Source of the DNA: Thermoplasmata archaeon
GTDB lineage: Archaea > Thermoplasmatota > Thermoplasmata > Lutacidiplasmatales > UBA184
Direction: 5' to 3'
NCBI GenBank assembly: GCA_022750155.1
Contig: JAKIWG010000006.1
Span: 14,339 to 78,338 of the forward strand
Length of the DNA stretch: 64,000 bases
The notes below the pieces were generated by a model. It searched no databases, had not been told where the DNA came from, and saw only the letters and a list, made by a program, of their open reading frames with translations. This document shows, piece by piece, positions 18,705-28,801 of this stretch (positions within the stretch are counted from its first letter, which is position 1; every line of letters begins with the position of its first letter). Position numbers and translations under genes: made by a program.

Positions 18705-18992
18705 CTACCGGGACGCGGTCCAGACCATGGCGCCCAGACCGGTCGCTTCGCACAGCCCGATCCCAAACAGGAACGGGACGAACGAATCCGGAATGATGGG
18801 CATCGCCGAAAGGTCCGAGAACACCGTGAGGGCGCTCTGGGCGATGAACGCCCCGGCGAACACGAGCAAGGCGAGGCCGAACGGGCTCTTCGCCTCGGTG
18901 TAGAGTCGCCGATACAGCGCGAACAGGCCGACGGCGAGCGCGATGCTGACGAGGCCAAGCAGGATGCTGGCCTCCATCAGGAGGCCCGTCAT
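18705..18992 (-). CDS. Small 3-TM membrane protein coupled to a wHTH regulator
   Basis: ATG overlaps the upstream stop (ATGA); Y....KSPFGLALLVFA motif; three hydrophobic helices. Confidence 0.78.
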   Translation of the reverse strand: MTGLLMEASILLGLVSIALAVGLFALYRRLYTEAKSPFGLALLVFAGAFIAQSALTVFSDLSAMPIIPDSFVPFLFGIGLCEATGLGAMVWTASR

Positions 18993-19345
18993 TGGACCCC
19001 TTGGGAACTTCGGCCAAGCGGCGTCCCGGCCCGCGCGGGCCGGTGACGGGGGCGTCCGGAGCAATCGATCGCCTCCCAAACTAGGTCGAAGTGCTCCGCC
19101 AGGTAGGGCGAGAGCTCGTAGGGAGGAGCATACGCACCGGGGACGGTGCGGGCGACCACGTGGTTCTGTTCCAAGAGCCGCAGGTGGTGTCGGACGGTTC
19201 GGTAGTCCAGATCTAGGGTGGAGGAAAGCTGGTGGGCGTTCGCCGGCGATCGTCGCAACTCCTCCAGGAGCCGACGCCGGTTCGGGCCCCCGCGAGTGCC
19301 AGCGAGGAGGTACCACATCAGGGAACGGAAGGCCGGGTTCAGCAT
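18989..19345 (-). CDS. ArsR-like winged-helix regulator
   Basis: WYLLAGTRGGPNR..LL..L...PANAHQL...L.LDYRTVRHHL..L, an archaeal ArsR signature. Confidence 0.88.
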   Translation of the reverse strand: MLNPAFRSLMWYLLAGTRGGPNRRRLLEELRRSPANAHQLSSTLDLDYRTVRHHLRLLEQNHVVARTVPGAYAPPYELSPYLAEHFDLVWEAIDCSGRPRHRPARAGTPLGRSSQGVQ

Positions 19346-19414
19346 CGCCGACGACCGGGGGGTGCGAGGAGGGCGCCGCTTATGACGGGCGCCCTCCCGT
19401 TGGTTGGCCGCTTC

Positions 19415-20602
19415 TTAGAACGCGACCAGGCCCTCCGCCGTGGACGGCAGCCCATAGACACTGGCCGTCTTGACCAGGGCGCCGTGGGCCGCCAGGGCAA
19501 ACTCGTCGATCTCCCCTGCCGCCGAGGCGTAGGCGAGCAGGTAGTTGCCATTGGAAGTGGTCACCGCGAGGTCGGTCGGACCCGACCCCGTGGTCCCGCC
19601 GACCGACGCCTGGAGGATGAGGGTGCCATTCAGGCTCACCTGGTAGGTCGAAATGGACGCGTTGTGCGCATTGGACGTGTAGGCGAACCTCCCTCCCTCG
19701 GCGATGGCGACCCAGCACGCGGCCGACTGGTGGTCCGGGACGGTCCCGCTGATCACCGAGACGCCTGCGGTCCCGGAGACGGCGTATGAGGAGAGGGCGC
19801 CGGGGCCCGCGTCGCTCACCACGAGGTGGCCGTTCGGGGTGAACGCGAACCCGTACGGAGTGCTGCCGTTCGAGGGGGTCGTCGTCGGTCCCGTGGCGTA
19901 GCCCCGCGAACCGACTGCGTACGTGTCGAGGAGGCTCGTCGCTTTCTCGGTCACAACGAGCGCCTGCCCCCCCGGACTGAACGAGACCTGGGCGGCCCCG
20001 GTCGCGTTCGGCGAGCTCAGCGGCCGGTGGGAGCCGGGGAGAGCCGCAAGATGGCCCGACGACGACAGCCAGAAGCCTGCGATATCTCCGGCCACCGTGG
20101 CGTTCCCGACATTGAGGACATAGACCAACGAACCGTGGATGGCCAGACTGACAGGGCGTACCCCGCCCGATGCCGCCCGGTCCATGAACGTGAGCAGGGG
20201 GCCCGAGCTGGTTGGGGCGTGGACTCGGAACACGGAGATCTGATTGCTGCCGTCGTCGACGACCAAGAGCCAGCGGTCATTGGCGGTGAGGGCCAGGGCG
20301 CCCTGATCTGCGAGACTCGAACCCGAACCGGCACCGTGTGTGGCGAACGTCCCGGCCCTGATTAGCGCGCCGGCGTGCCCGATCCGGTATGCAACGACGG
20401 AGTTGCCGCTCGCGTTGTTCGTCATCGTGAACACCGCACTGCCCCAGGCGGTCCCGGAGGAGGCGGGGGCCGGACCCACCAAGGGCGGCGAGCGGGCGAG
20501 CGCGACGGTGGGCACGATCAGCAGGAACAGCGCGGACAAGGTCAACCAGACATGGACACTCGGGGGTTTCATGGCGAGCGAGGCACGCGATGCTCCCGTC
20601 AT
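19415..20602 (-). CDS. Secreted lactonase-family 7-bladed beta-propeller
   Basis: Signal peptide; VFTMTN, GSNQISVF, PVSLAI, PYGFAF, AACWVA, FAYTSN. Start may be 20572. Confidence 0.82.
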   Translation of the reverse strand: MTGASRASLAMKPPSVHVWLTLSALFLLIVPTVALARSPPLVGPAPASSGTAWGSAVFTMTNNASGNSVVAYRIGHAGALIRAGTFATHGAGSGSSLADQGALALTANDRWLLVVDDGSNQISVFRVHAPTSSGPLLTFMDRAASGGVRPVSLAIHGSLVYVLNVGNATVAGDIAGFWLSSSGHLAALPGSHRPLSSPNATGAAQVSFSPGGQALVVTEKATSLLDTYAVGSRGYATGPTTTPSNGSTPYGFAFTPNGHLVVSDAGPGALSSYAVSGTAGVSVISGTVPDHQSAACWVAIAEGGRFAYTSNAHNASISTYQVSLNGTLILQASVGGTTGSGPTDLAVTTSNGNYLLAYASAAGEIDEFALAAHGALVKTASVYGLPSTAEGLVAF

Positions 20603-20972
20603 ACCCCTACGTCAGAACCGCTCCCCAATCGGACCAAACTGCCACCAGTTCCCGGCCAGAGGCCGGCCCCAACTCTACCCTGGAAATGCGCCCCCGAGGT
20701 TCGGGCCGACGATTGGTCGGGCCCGGTAGCAGGGGGCGATTTGAGCGAATCGAATCTTCCGAGGCGGGGGTCGACCAGAATCCCGCGGCCGAAATGGGCA
20801 TCACGCTCCGCGCGACGCCAAGGATTCCATGAGGCAAACAAGGGAGAGGACGGACCGCTCACGGTGCGTCGTATCGGAACGCTTCCCCCGGCCAGCGTTG
20901 TGCCTAACTCCCAGAGCCACGGCGCCGGTTACCAAGATCTCATCGCGAGGCGCGTCGAGTACTGGAGCGGGA

Positions 20973-21710
20973 TTAGTATGCGGCGCCCACGGCCCGGGCC
21001 AGGAACCGGTTCAAGGGGTCGAGGCTCTTGCATTGGGCGACGAACCGGTCCTCGAACCCCGGCGCAATGACTTCGGAGTCCTTCATGGGAAGTCCCGAGG
21101 TGAAACCCTTGCGCTTGAGGTCGCTCACGAATGGGTGATCGGGGTCGAATCCCGGGGGCGGGCGTTTTAGCGATTCCCCCTCGACCTCGGGAACCGACGC
21201 ACGGACTTTACGCCACTCCGGGGTCCGGTCCACGATGGAGTGCCGGATCTGGTCGAGCATCGCCTTCTCGGGCTGCCACATTCCGGCGTATACCCAGGAT
21301 TCCGACGGCGCGAGGTGAAGGAAGAAACCGGGGAGGTGTTCGGCCCCCTCGCGAGTCGCTTCGTGCATGAAATGGATCCCGACCGAAGTCCGATAGGGAC
21401 TCTTGTCCTTCGAAAACCGAGTGTCCCTGTAGATCCGCATGATCGAGCCCCCCACGGGCCGCGGGTCGGCGAGGAGGTGCCGGCTCACCTTGCCGAGCTT
21501 TGGGCCGACGCTCCGGACGAACGCGAGCGATGGCGCTTGGACCTGCTCCAGGTATCGGCTCTTGTTCGCGTTGAACCACCCGCGATCATTGTTCTTCGCA
21601 AGCTCACGCAGGAACCGGAAGAACTCCGACGAAAAGCCGCTCTTCGCTACGGGTTCAACGTCCATGGGAGCACCCCCGGGGTTCACCTGGGAGTGCGAAT
21701 GGACGTTCAT
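20973..21710 (-). CDS. DUF2461 (TIGR02453) family protein
   Basis: FLRELAKNNDRGWFNANK.RY, RIYRDTRFSKDKSPY, LKRPP.GF..DHP...LKRK. Start may be 21666. Confidence 0.88.
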   Translation of the reverse strand: MNVHSHSQVNPGGAPMDVEPVAKSGFSSEFFRFLRELAKNNDRGWFNANKSRYLEQVQAPSLAFVRSVGPKLGKVSRHLLADPRPVGGSIMRIYRDTRFSKDKSPYRTSVGIHFMHEATREGAEHLPGFFLHLAPSESWVYAGMWQPEKAMLDQIRHSIVDRTPEWRKVRASVPEVEGESLKRPPPGFDPDHPFVSDLKRKGFTSGLPMKDSEVIAPGFEDRFVAQCKSLDPLNRFLARAVGAAY

Positions 21711-21725
21711 CGACCGTACTAATCG

Positions 21726-21985
21726 TCAATGTCCGGGGGAGCCGGGCGTGGGAAACATCGGGGCGAACGGCCGGGCATCGAAGAGGACGGTGATCGACTG
21801 GATCTTGTCGTCCTGTACGTGGTGCCACTCCGCGACCAGGGCGGTGCCCGCTGGGGTGCTGGTCACGAGATCGTACCACATGCAGACGTCTTTGCCATCC
21901 ACGAACACGTGGCGGATGTCCACGCGCTCGACCATTCCATGCAGTCGCTTCAGTGACTCGAGGTAGGGCTCTGGACGGTCGAGAG
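21726..21985 (-). pseudogene. 5'-truncated SnoaL/NTF2-like gene
   Basis: LDRPEPYLESLKRL..VDIRHVFVDGKDVCMWYDL..EWHHVQDDKIQSI.VLFDARPF; the N-terminal part is missing. Confidence 0.65.
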
Positions 21986-22135
21986 GTACGATACCATCTC
22001 ACGCCTCGCGGCGAAGACGCGATCTTCATCCTCCTCGCGTTTCTCCGATACGGAACCCTTCACGGCGCGGGGACCCAATCATCGGGAGACCTCCCCGAGG
22101 CGAGCCGACCCGGCCCTCGGGTCCGACGCGGATAA
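21980..22135 (+). pseudogene. 5'-truncated HxlR-like wHTH regulator
   Basis: Only the wing and final helix remain (REVRYHLTPRGEDAIFILLAFLRYG). Confidence 0.62.
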
Positions 22136-22162
22136 GTAGCGACCGTTTCCTCCACGCTGAGA

Positions 22163-22771
22163 ATGGCGACGAAGTTCTGCACGCAGTGTGGAGGGGGAAA
22201 CCTCCCGCAGGCGAGCTTCTGTCAGTACTGCGGAAGCGCCCTCATGGCCGGGCCGGGCGCACCGCTTGCCGGCGCCTTGTCCCCCTCGAACAATCCGCCT
22301 CCTCCTCCGCCTCCCGGGCCCTGGGGCGGGTCCTCGTACCCGGTCGGCGGGTCCGCACCCCCGAAGCGCCGGCGGTGGGGATTGATCGTCGTGGGTGCGG
22401 TAGTAGCCCTGCTTGTGATTGGGGGAATCGCGTTCCTGTTCCTACCCTCGTCGCCGGACGTTGTCGTGACCGGGATCAACTTCAGCTCGCCGGACAACGC
22501 GTGCGGGCTCAATGGGCTCGTCGACAATGGGTTCAACGCGAGCAGCGGCGACTCGATCGAACTCACCTACGATATCTCCGGAAACAATACGACCGGCAAC
22601 GCCACCGCCCCCTGCACGATCCATTCCGTTTCGACCTCCACCCCGGGATTCAGCGTGACGGGGGCAGACGTCCCCTTGATGGTACCGGCAAACGCTATGC
22701 AACTGCTCTCGTTCTCGGTCAATGTGCCGGACTCGGGCTACACCGGAGTGCTCTCGCTCGTCGTCACCTGA
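22163..22771 (+). CDS. Zinc-ribbon, Pro-rich, single-TM protein with external beta domain
   Basis: FCTQCG...FCQYCG; PPPPPPP; KRRR then TM; Asn/Thr-rich C-terminus. Confidence 0.85.
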   Translation: MATKFCTQCGGGNLPQASFCQYCGSALMAGPGAPLAGALSPSNNPPPPPPPGPWGGSSYPVGGSAPPKRRRWGLIVVGAVVALLVIGGIAFLFLPSSPDVVVTGINFSSPDNACGLNGLVDNGFNASSGDSIELTYDISGNNTTGNATAPCTIHSVSTSTPGFSVTGADVPLMVPANAMQLLSFSVNVPDSGYTGVLSLVVT

Positions 22772-22807
22772 TCCCCCGTCGTCGTTCGGCTTCCCCGCGC
22801 CCGCGCT

Positions 22808-25621
22808 TCAAGGAACCTCGATTCGCCCCGAGGGGGTTCCATCGTGGGCCGCCTCTGAACGATCCGAAGCCCCGCCCGGTGCGGATTCGGGACCGGCGTG
22901 ACCGCCGAGGCTCCCCGTGATTGGACGCGCCCATGGGGTGGTCGGCGGGGGGCTCTTCCCCGACCGCTTCCGCCCCAGGGGCCCGAAGACGAACCATGCC
23001 ACCGCCACCCCGACGACCAGGCCGCCGGCCACCAGGAGAATCGACATTGTACTGATCCCTCCAGCCGAGGAGCCGCTCGTCGGGCTCTGTGCGTACACTA
23101 TGGTCACCTGGACGGTCTGGCCCTGGACGTAGATCACTCCGGCCGCAACGACCGCCAGGTAGCCAGCCACTTTTCCCGCGAGGTAATTGTACGACCCATT
23201 CGGGAGGGCGGTGACGACGGAGCTCCCCAACCCTCCGAACACCGTCGAACCGAGGACGATAGACCACTGGGTCCCCACGGCGAGCCCATACTCGGTGAAG
23301 GTGACCGGGAACAGAAACGCCGTGAACAGAACCAGGATTGTGATGTTGGTCCTTTCGTCCAGATACGGGCCCGCCGCGGGCTCGGCGACGGTGTACCCGG
23401 CCACGGTAGGGATCCGGAACTGATAGGTCGCACCCGGGCCGTTCGCTTGGGGAATCACGATGGTCAAAGCGGGCGAGGTGAAGGTCTGGCCGTTGAGTAC
23501 TACGGACCACGGGAAGTTGTGGAGGCCGCTCGCAGTGAACGTGAGGGTGTAGCCGAACCACAGGGTGGTCAGCGGATATCGGTCGATGTTCGAGGCGTTG
23601 ATCTCAAGGGGGCTGTCCACGAGGCCGTCTGGGTTCGGCCAGACCTGGCCCGGACCCGAGTAGAGGTCGGGACCCGTGTGATTCCCCCAGTAATTCCCCC
23701 CTTCGGGGTAGCCGGCGTCCCAATGGACCACTTGCGCCGAAGGAGGATTCGACCATCCCGCATCCCCTACGAAGTTGTTGTGGTACACCCAGACTCCGCT
23801 GTTGCCATCGACCATGAAGCCTACCTGGTCGTCGTAAAACCAGTTGCCAGCCGCGGTCGTGTTGACATCGTCGACGAGCCTCAGTCCCATGGTCGAAAGC
23901 GAGCCGTTGTTGTTCAGTAGCTGGAGGTCCGTGCAGTTCGAAATGGCAAGCGCGTCCCCGACATGGGTGGCATTGTTCTGATCGATGACACTCGCAGACA
24001 CGAAGGTAGCGAGGATCCCGGTCCCGTTCGCCTGCTGGGTGAATCCCCCGGGATTGTACTGAACGGTGAGGCCGGAGGAGTGATTGAGCAGCAACCCCAC
24101 GTTGCCCGCGTGGTCGATGGTGTTGTTCTCGACCACTGCCGAGTTCACCCCAGAGAGGTTGACCGCCGAGTAGCCTGCGCGGGAGTCGAGGTTGAACTCG
24201 AACACCAGGTTCTGCGTTGAATCGGCCTCGATCCCCGCATGGTCCGCACCGGACACGTTGTTGTTTTCGACGGTGGCCTGGCTATCGTCAGATAGCCAGA
24301 CGGCCGCGGGGAGGCCGGCCGAACCAGAGAAATCGTTGTAGGTCACCCTGAGGGTGGAACTGAGGGCGTCCTGGAACGCAACGGAATCCCCTCGCGCCGC
24401 GTTTCCCTCCACGCGGACGTTCCGGTCGCTGCACATCGATAGGGCCGACGAGGAGGTTCGGTTTCCATTCAACAATAGGTTCGACTGCACGGTGACGTTC
24501 GACGAGAACCCAACCCAGGTCGCCACCGAACGGAAAGAAGAGAGGTTGTTCGAGGCCACCACCAGGTTCGTGGTGTTCCCGACCATGACCGCGTGCTGAG
24601 CCCCGGTGAACTGACTGGACGTCAGGCTGACGTTGAGGTCGTGTTCGAGATATGCGCCGGTGGTGAATCCGGAAAAGGTCTCCGAGGTGAACGTCGCCCC
24701 CGTGGTGCCGAGGATGGCTATCCCCTCGATTCCCCCGCTGCCGGTGTTCAGCGATCCGGAGACGGTGTTCCCATTTTCGACGTGTATGGCCATCTGGCTC
24801 AGCGTCAGCGTGTTCGATCGGACGAACGAGAAGGAAACACCCTTCTCAACAATCCCGTGACCAGTCGAGGACAGTTCGTTGGCTATCAGGTTCACATGGT
24901 CTGACCGGAGCACCTCGACCCCCACCGCTGAACCGTTCGCCTGATTCCCCGTGATAGACACCACAGAGGAATCGACTATCCCTATCGCGTTCCCGCTCGA
25001 GTTGGAAAGCACATTGTTGAGGACGCTGACATTGACGTCACCGCCATAGGTGGTCCCGTTCATGCCGGAGCCTGTATTCCCCACCACGCTGAGGTTGACG
25101 GAGTCCTCGGCGTCGACGGACCACCCGGCTCCAGTGAGATGATTTCCGGTTACGACCGCCCCCTGCACCGCCTCGAGTAGGATTCCTGTGGTGGTGGATT
25201 CGACGGAGAGGTTCTCGACGACGAGCCGATCGACGTTGAACCCGATGAAGGCCGCATCCGTGCCATTGACTTGGGTCAGTGTCATTCCATTCCCGTTGAG
25301 CACGCTACCGTTCCGTTCGTCGAGTATGGACCCTGTGAACGACGCGGTCAGAGTGTAGGTATGACCCGCTACCTGAATCGGTGCGGAGGCGTTGCTCACA
25401 TTGCCGTCCGGCAGAATGATCGTCCCGTAGGTCGAAGGATGAATCACGGGCTCGGAGGAAAGCGCACGGGGCCCCGGGGGGTCGGGACCTTGCGGCGATG
25501 TGACGACTCGCAGGGGCTGAAAAGGGGCTGAACCGGACGGGACTTTCGTCCAGGTGTGACCGATCCCTCCCAACGCCAGGGAGGCAAGGATGAGGGCGAC
25601 CACAATCGTCGGGGGTCGCAT
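22808..25621 (-). CDS. NosD/CASH parallel beta-helix surface glycoprotein with C-terminal anchor
   Basis: Signal; many N-x-S/T beta-helix turns; YHNNF, GGNYW, DRYPL; thermopsin-tail-like VTFTEYGL..GT.WS repeats; C-terminal TM. Confidence 0.85.
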   Translation of the reverse strand: MRPPTIVVALILASLALGGIGHTWTKVPSGSAPFQPLRVVTSPQGPDPPGPRALSSEPVIHPSTYGTIILPDGNVSNASAPIQVAGHTYTLTASFTGSILDERNGSVLNGNGMTLTQVNGTDAAFIGFNVDRLVVENLSVESTTTGILLEAVQGAVVTGNHLTGAGWSVDAEDSVNLSVVGNTGSGMNGTTYGGDVNVSVLNNVLSNSSGNAIGIVDSSVVSITGNQANGSAVGVEVLRSDHVNLIANELSSTGHGIVEKGVSFSFVRSNTLTLSQMAIHVENGNTVSGSLNTGSGGIEGIAILGTTGATFTSETFSGFTTGAYLEHDLNVSLTSSQFTGAQHAVMVGNTTNLVVASNNLSSFRSVATWVGFSSNVTVQSNLLLNGNRTSSSALSMCSDRNVRVEGNAARGDSVAFQDALSSTLRVTYNDFSGSAGLPAAVWLSDDSQATVENNNVSGADHAGIEADSTQNLVFEFNLDSRAGYSAVNLSGVNSAVVENNTIDHAGNVGLLLNHSSGLTVQYNPGGFTQQANGTGILATFVSASVIDQNNATHVGDALAISNCTDLQLLNNNGSLSTMGLRLVDDVNTTAAGNWFYDDQVGFMVDGNSGVWVYHNNFVGDAGWSNPPSAQVVHWDAGYPEGGNYWGNHTGPDLYSGPGQVWPNPDGLVDSPLEINASNIDRYPLTTLWFGYTLTFTASGLHNFPWSVVLNGQTFTSPALTIVIPQANGPGATYQFRIPTVAGYTVAEPAAGPYLDERTNITILVLFTAFLFPVTFTEYGLAVGTQWSIVLGSTVFGGLGSSVVTALPNGSYNYLAGKVAGYLAVVAAGVIYVQGQTVQVTIVYAQSPTSGSSAGGISTMSILLVAGGLVVGVAVAWFVFGPLGRKRSGKSPPPTTPWARPITGSLGGHAGPESAPGGASDRSEAAHDGTPSGRIEVP

Positions 25622-25833
25622 CGACCTCGTTCTGCCGAGGCCGTGATAAGGTTAACCGGATTGTAGGAGAGCGACCCACGGAGCGCCAGGTTCCCTGTCC
25701 CGAGGAACCCTCGAACCCTTCAGCCTTCCAACGGCGGCCACCGGCGTGAAAAACGTCGGCCAATACGGCCAAACGAACCTGGGCCTGGGAATACCTGAAA
25801 GCTCGATGGAGTATGGGCGTAACTGGAATAGTA

Positions 25834-25846
25834 CATAGTTTCAGTA
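25834..25846 (+). promoter_or_regulatory. Candidate operator CATAGTyTnnGTA upstream of phoU
   Basis: CATAGTTTCAGTA; similar copies at 28749-28761 and 33922-33934. Confidence 0.45.
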
Positions 25847-25894
25847 TGCATCGTTAAGTCATCGGAGTGGTTGTTCCGGCTCCCGGGGAGCCTC

Positions 25895-26911
25895 GTGGAA
25901 GGACGGAAACTGCAACTGGCCGGCGGCTCGACCTACGTGGTCTCGCTGCCCAAGAGGTGGGTCACGAACGCTGGGCTGAAGGCCGGCGACACGCTCTTCC
26001 TGGAGACCCCCGCCGACGGTGCAGTGGTGGTCCGGCATCACGTCGTAGACAAACCCGCGGTCCGCCGGAAGGTTTTCCACGAGAAGGGGGAGGAGGCACG
26101 GGAACACCTGCTCCGCAAGCTGATTGGTGCGTACGTTTCCGGGTTCGGCCTCATCGAGGTCCGCTTCCCCTCCGAGCGGGGGCCTTTCGTCCGCCGCGTG
26201 GCGAGAGAGTTCTGCCGACTCGTGATCGGCCCGGAAGTGATCGAGGAAAGCCGGGGCAGCCTGGTCATCCAGGACCTCTCCGACGCCACCGAGCTCAGCG
26301 CCGAGAAGTGCCTCCGGCGGATGCACCTCACCGTTCGAGCCATGCTGGAGGACGCCATCCTGGCTCTCAAGACGTCCACCTCGGCCCTCGCCCATGACGT
26401 CGCCCAACGCGACCAGGACGTGGACCGACTGTACTGGATGGTCGCCAAGCAGTACCACCTGACCCAGACCTCTTCCAACGCCGGGGCGGATCGGTCCGCC
26501 TACCTGGCCGGCCACAGCTATCGGTTGGTGGCGAAGCTACTGGAACGGATCGGCGATCATGCCGAGCGAATCGCCGGCACCTTCTCCATACTCACGACCG
26601 GCAAGGCGATCGATCCGAAGCTGACCAAGGACCTCGATGAAGCCACGGCGTCTGCCGTCGCGATTCTCGACAAGGCGTTCACGGCGTTGCTTCAGGGCGA
26701 CGTCGACGGTGCCAACGATGCCATCGACGATCGGGCTGAACACCAACGGCTGATCGATGCCCTCTCCCACCGGGTGGCCACCCGCAAGGGCGAGGAGCTC
26801 CTCGCACTCGGCACCGTGGTGGACAGCCTCGGCCGAACCGCCAGCTATGCGGCCGACATCGCCGAGCAGGCGATCGATCTCGCGGTTCTCATGACCCCGG
26901 AAGCGGGCTGA
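25895..26911 (+). CDS. phoU: AbrB-PhoU phosphate regulator (archaeal type)
   Basis: RKLQLAGGSTYVVSLPKRW (AbrB); RDQDVDRLYW, LERIGDHA, SLGRTASYAADIAE (PhoU repeats). Confidence 0.92.
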   Translation: MEGRKLQLAGGSTYVVSLPKRWVTNAGLKAGDTLFLETPADGAVVVRHHVVDKPAVRRKVFHEKGEEAREHLLRKLIGAYVSGFGLIEVRFPSERGPFVRRVAREFCRLVIGPEVIEESRGSLVIQDLSDATELSAEKCLRRMHLTVRAMLEDAILALKTSTSALAHDVAQRDQDVDRLYWMVAKQYHLTQTSSNAGADRSAYLAGHSYRLVAKLLERIGDHAERIAGTFSILTTGKAIDPKLTKDLDEATASAVAILDKAFTALLQGDVDGANDAIDDRAEHQRLIDALSHRVATRKGEELLALGTVVDSLGRTASYAADIAEQAIDLAVLMTPEAG

Positions 26912-26953
26912 ACGGAATCCTCCGTCCTGTCGAAAGCGCCAGGGACCGGTGGG

Positions 26954-28039
26954 CTATCCATCGGATTCGGCCGTGGTACCGGTTGAGCCTCTGGCGGATG
27001 TCGGGGACTGGGACGTCCGGCGGAGGAAGGAGCGTCGGGCGGGCGGAGGCGTCGAGGCCGGCCCGGGAGCGGTCCCCCCAGAGGTCGGCACCATGTTTTC
27101 CTCGGTCCCCTCGCCCGAGGGACGCTCGGACTTGCGCGCGGCAAGCGCCGACCTGACGATCTCCCCGTCGACGCGATAGGCGCGGTGTTCCACCCCGTAT
27201 TCGATCGACAGGTCCGCGATCTCAAGAATTCGGCGCGGATTCCCTCCCGCGGCCTCGGCGATGATCGCGACCGCTTCTTTGTCGAATGGATAGAGCGGGT
27301 CGATCTCCTCGACCACTCGCTTGCCGAGCAGCTTCTTAGCGAGGAGCAGGGCCGCCTCATCGGCGGTCATTTTCGGCACGAAGAACGTCCGGTTGATCCT
27401 CGAGGCCAGCGCAGGCCGGTTCTTGATGATCCAATCGAGGTACCCCTGATAGCAGCCGAACATCACGAGCACACCGGGCTTGATCGAGTCGAACACCTCT
27501 TGGAGAGTTTTCCCGAATGCATCGAGCTCCGGTGTCTTCGACAGGTTATGGAGGTCGTTGAGCAGGAGAACCGCCGGTGCGTTCTCATTGAGAGCCAGTC
27601 CGATGGTCTTGCCGGCCTGAATCGGGTCGTACTTCTCGTCGGAAACCTTCTGCAGCGCGGTAACCTCTCGAAACCAAGCCGGATAGCTGAACCCCTTGGG
27701 AACCCCCGCGAGCTTGGCAGCCTTCAGTATCTCGCCCGCGAGCCCCCGAAGGATCCAGTTGGTCTGAGAGGTCACGTCGAAGTAGACTGTGAACGTCTTT
27801 CTCTCGCGCGCCTCAGCGGCCGTGAGGAGGAGGCGCTCGGTCTTCCCTGTCCCGTGGGAACCGACGATGGCGACGACCACCCGATTCTCCCGCTCCCAGA
27901 TCTCGTCGCGGATTGCCTGCAGGTTCTGGTCGATGTCCAGATTGACATGATACACGCCGATGTCCTGGAGGCTCTCGCTAGCCAATTCCCGAAACGGGTT
28001 GCTGGTGAGGCCGTATCGTTCGAAGGTCGAGATCGGCAT
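26954..28039 (-). CDS. ExeA/GspA-like AAA+ ATPase
   Basis: YGLTSNPF N-terminus; Walker A GSHGTGKT; Walker B variant LLLNDLH; ALASRI; AGGNPRRI. Confidence 0.72.
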   Translation of the reverse strand: MPISTFERYGLTSNPFRELASESLQDIGVYHVNLDIDQNLQAIRDEIWERENRVVVAIVGSHGTGKTERLLLTAAEARERKTFTVYFDVTSQTNWILRGLAGEILKAAKLAGVPKGFSYPAWFREVTALQKVSDEKYDPIQAGKTIGLALNENAPAVLLLNDLHNLSKTPELDAFGKTLQEVFDSIKPGVLVMFGCYQGYLDWIIKNRPALASRINRTFFVPKMTADEAALLLAKKLLGKRVVEEIDPLYPFDKEAVAIIAEAAGGNPRRILEIADLSIEYGVEHRAYRVDGEIVRSALAARKSERPSGEGTEENMVPTSGGTAPGPASTPPPARRSFLRRTSQSPTSARGSTGTTAESDG

Positions 28040-28053
28040 GGAACGACCGTGGG

Positions 28054-28683
28054 TCAGAGGACCCGCCTCCGGAGGTCGATGGCCAGCCGCTTGCCATCGA
28101 ACTCGTAGTAGATGTTGCGGTCGATGAACTTTCCGTCCATCCACTTCGGGATGCGCAAGTACCTCACAATCCCCTCCGGCCCCTCCTTGCTATGGAACTG
28201 GATAACGCCGTCGGCGAGGTGCATGGCGACGGCCTCGGATTGGGCCTCGAACATGCCCCGGTCCGTGGCCAATACGATCGTAGTTCGCTTCTCGTGGCAG
28301 AGCGCGCGAAGGCGGCGAACGAGGGCCGCGAAGCTAGGCCCGGGCAGTTCAAGGGTGAGGAAGGAGAACGAATCGACGGCCAATAGACCCCCATTCGCCC
28401 CGAACTCTCCCAGATTGTCGAGTGCGTCCCGCTCAAAGATCTCGAGCTTGGGTTCTCCCCACGGGTCGAGCTTCCCCTCCGTCACCAGGAGTTGCTGCAA
28501 CTCCTCCCGGTCCCTGGAGATCACGAATGTAACGGGATGCTCCTGCCGTAGGGCGGCGAGAGCCAACTTGCGCACGAAAAAACTCTTTGCTCCGTCGGCC
28601 CCGGACTCGATGACCACAAGACGCGCGTCGGCAAGCTCAGGAATGATGGTGTCGAGGCCGGGAACCTCGACGGGAATCCCCAT
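28054..28683 (-). CDS. FlaH/KaiC-like RecA-fold protein with degenerate P-loop
   Basis: VPGLDTII; SGADGAKS; LAVDSFS; HLADGVI; RYLRIPK. Confidence 0.78.
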   Translation of the reverse strand: MGIPVEVPGLDTIIPELADARLVVIESGADGAKSFFVRKLALAALRQEHPVTFVISRDREELQQLLVTEGKLDPWGEPKLEIFERDALDNLGEFGANGGLLAVDSFSFLTLELPGPSFAALVRRLRALCHEKRTTIVLATDRGMFEAQSEAVAMHLADGVIQFHSKEGPEGIVRYLRIPKWMDGKFIDRNIYYEFDGKRLAIDLRRRVL

Positions 28684-28748
28684 GCGGCGCGGAAGGGTGC
28701 ATGGCCCATAAGGCTGGCATCGGTAATGTATGAGTCTCCCCGGGTATC

Positions 28749-28762
28749 TACGCAAACTATGG
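28749..28762 (-). promoter_or_regulatory. Candidate operator in the divergent FlaH-like/pilin promoter
   Basis: Reverse strand reads CCATAGTTTGCGTA. Confidence 0.45.
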
Positions 28763-28801
28763 TGGGGAGCTACTTTTACTCACCGAGCCCGTGGTTCGGC
28801 C

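Noticed and set aside
5716-25700. Whole region as an integrated provirus or ICE
   Set aside because: No integrase, capsid, replication or transposase genes, and no distal att copy found beyond 8176.
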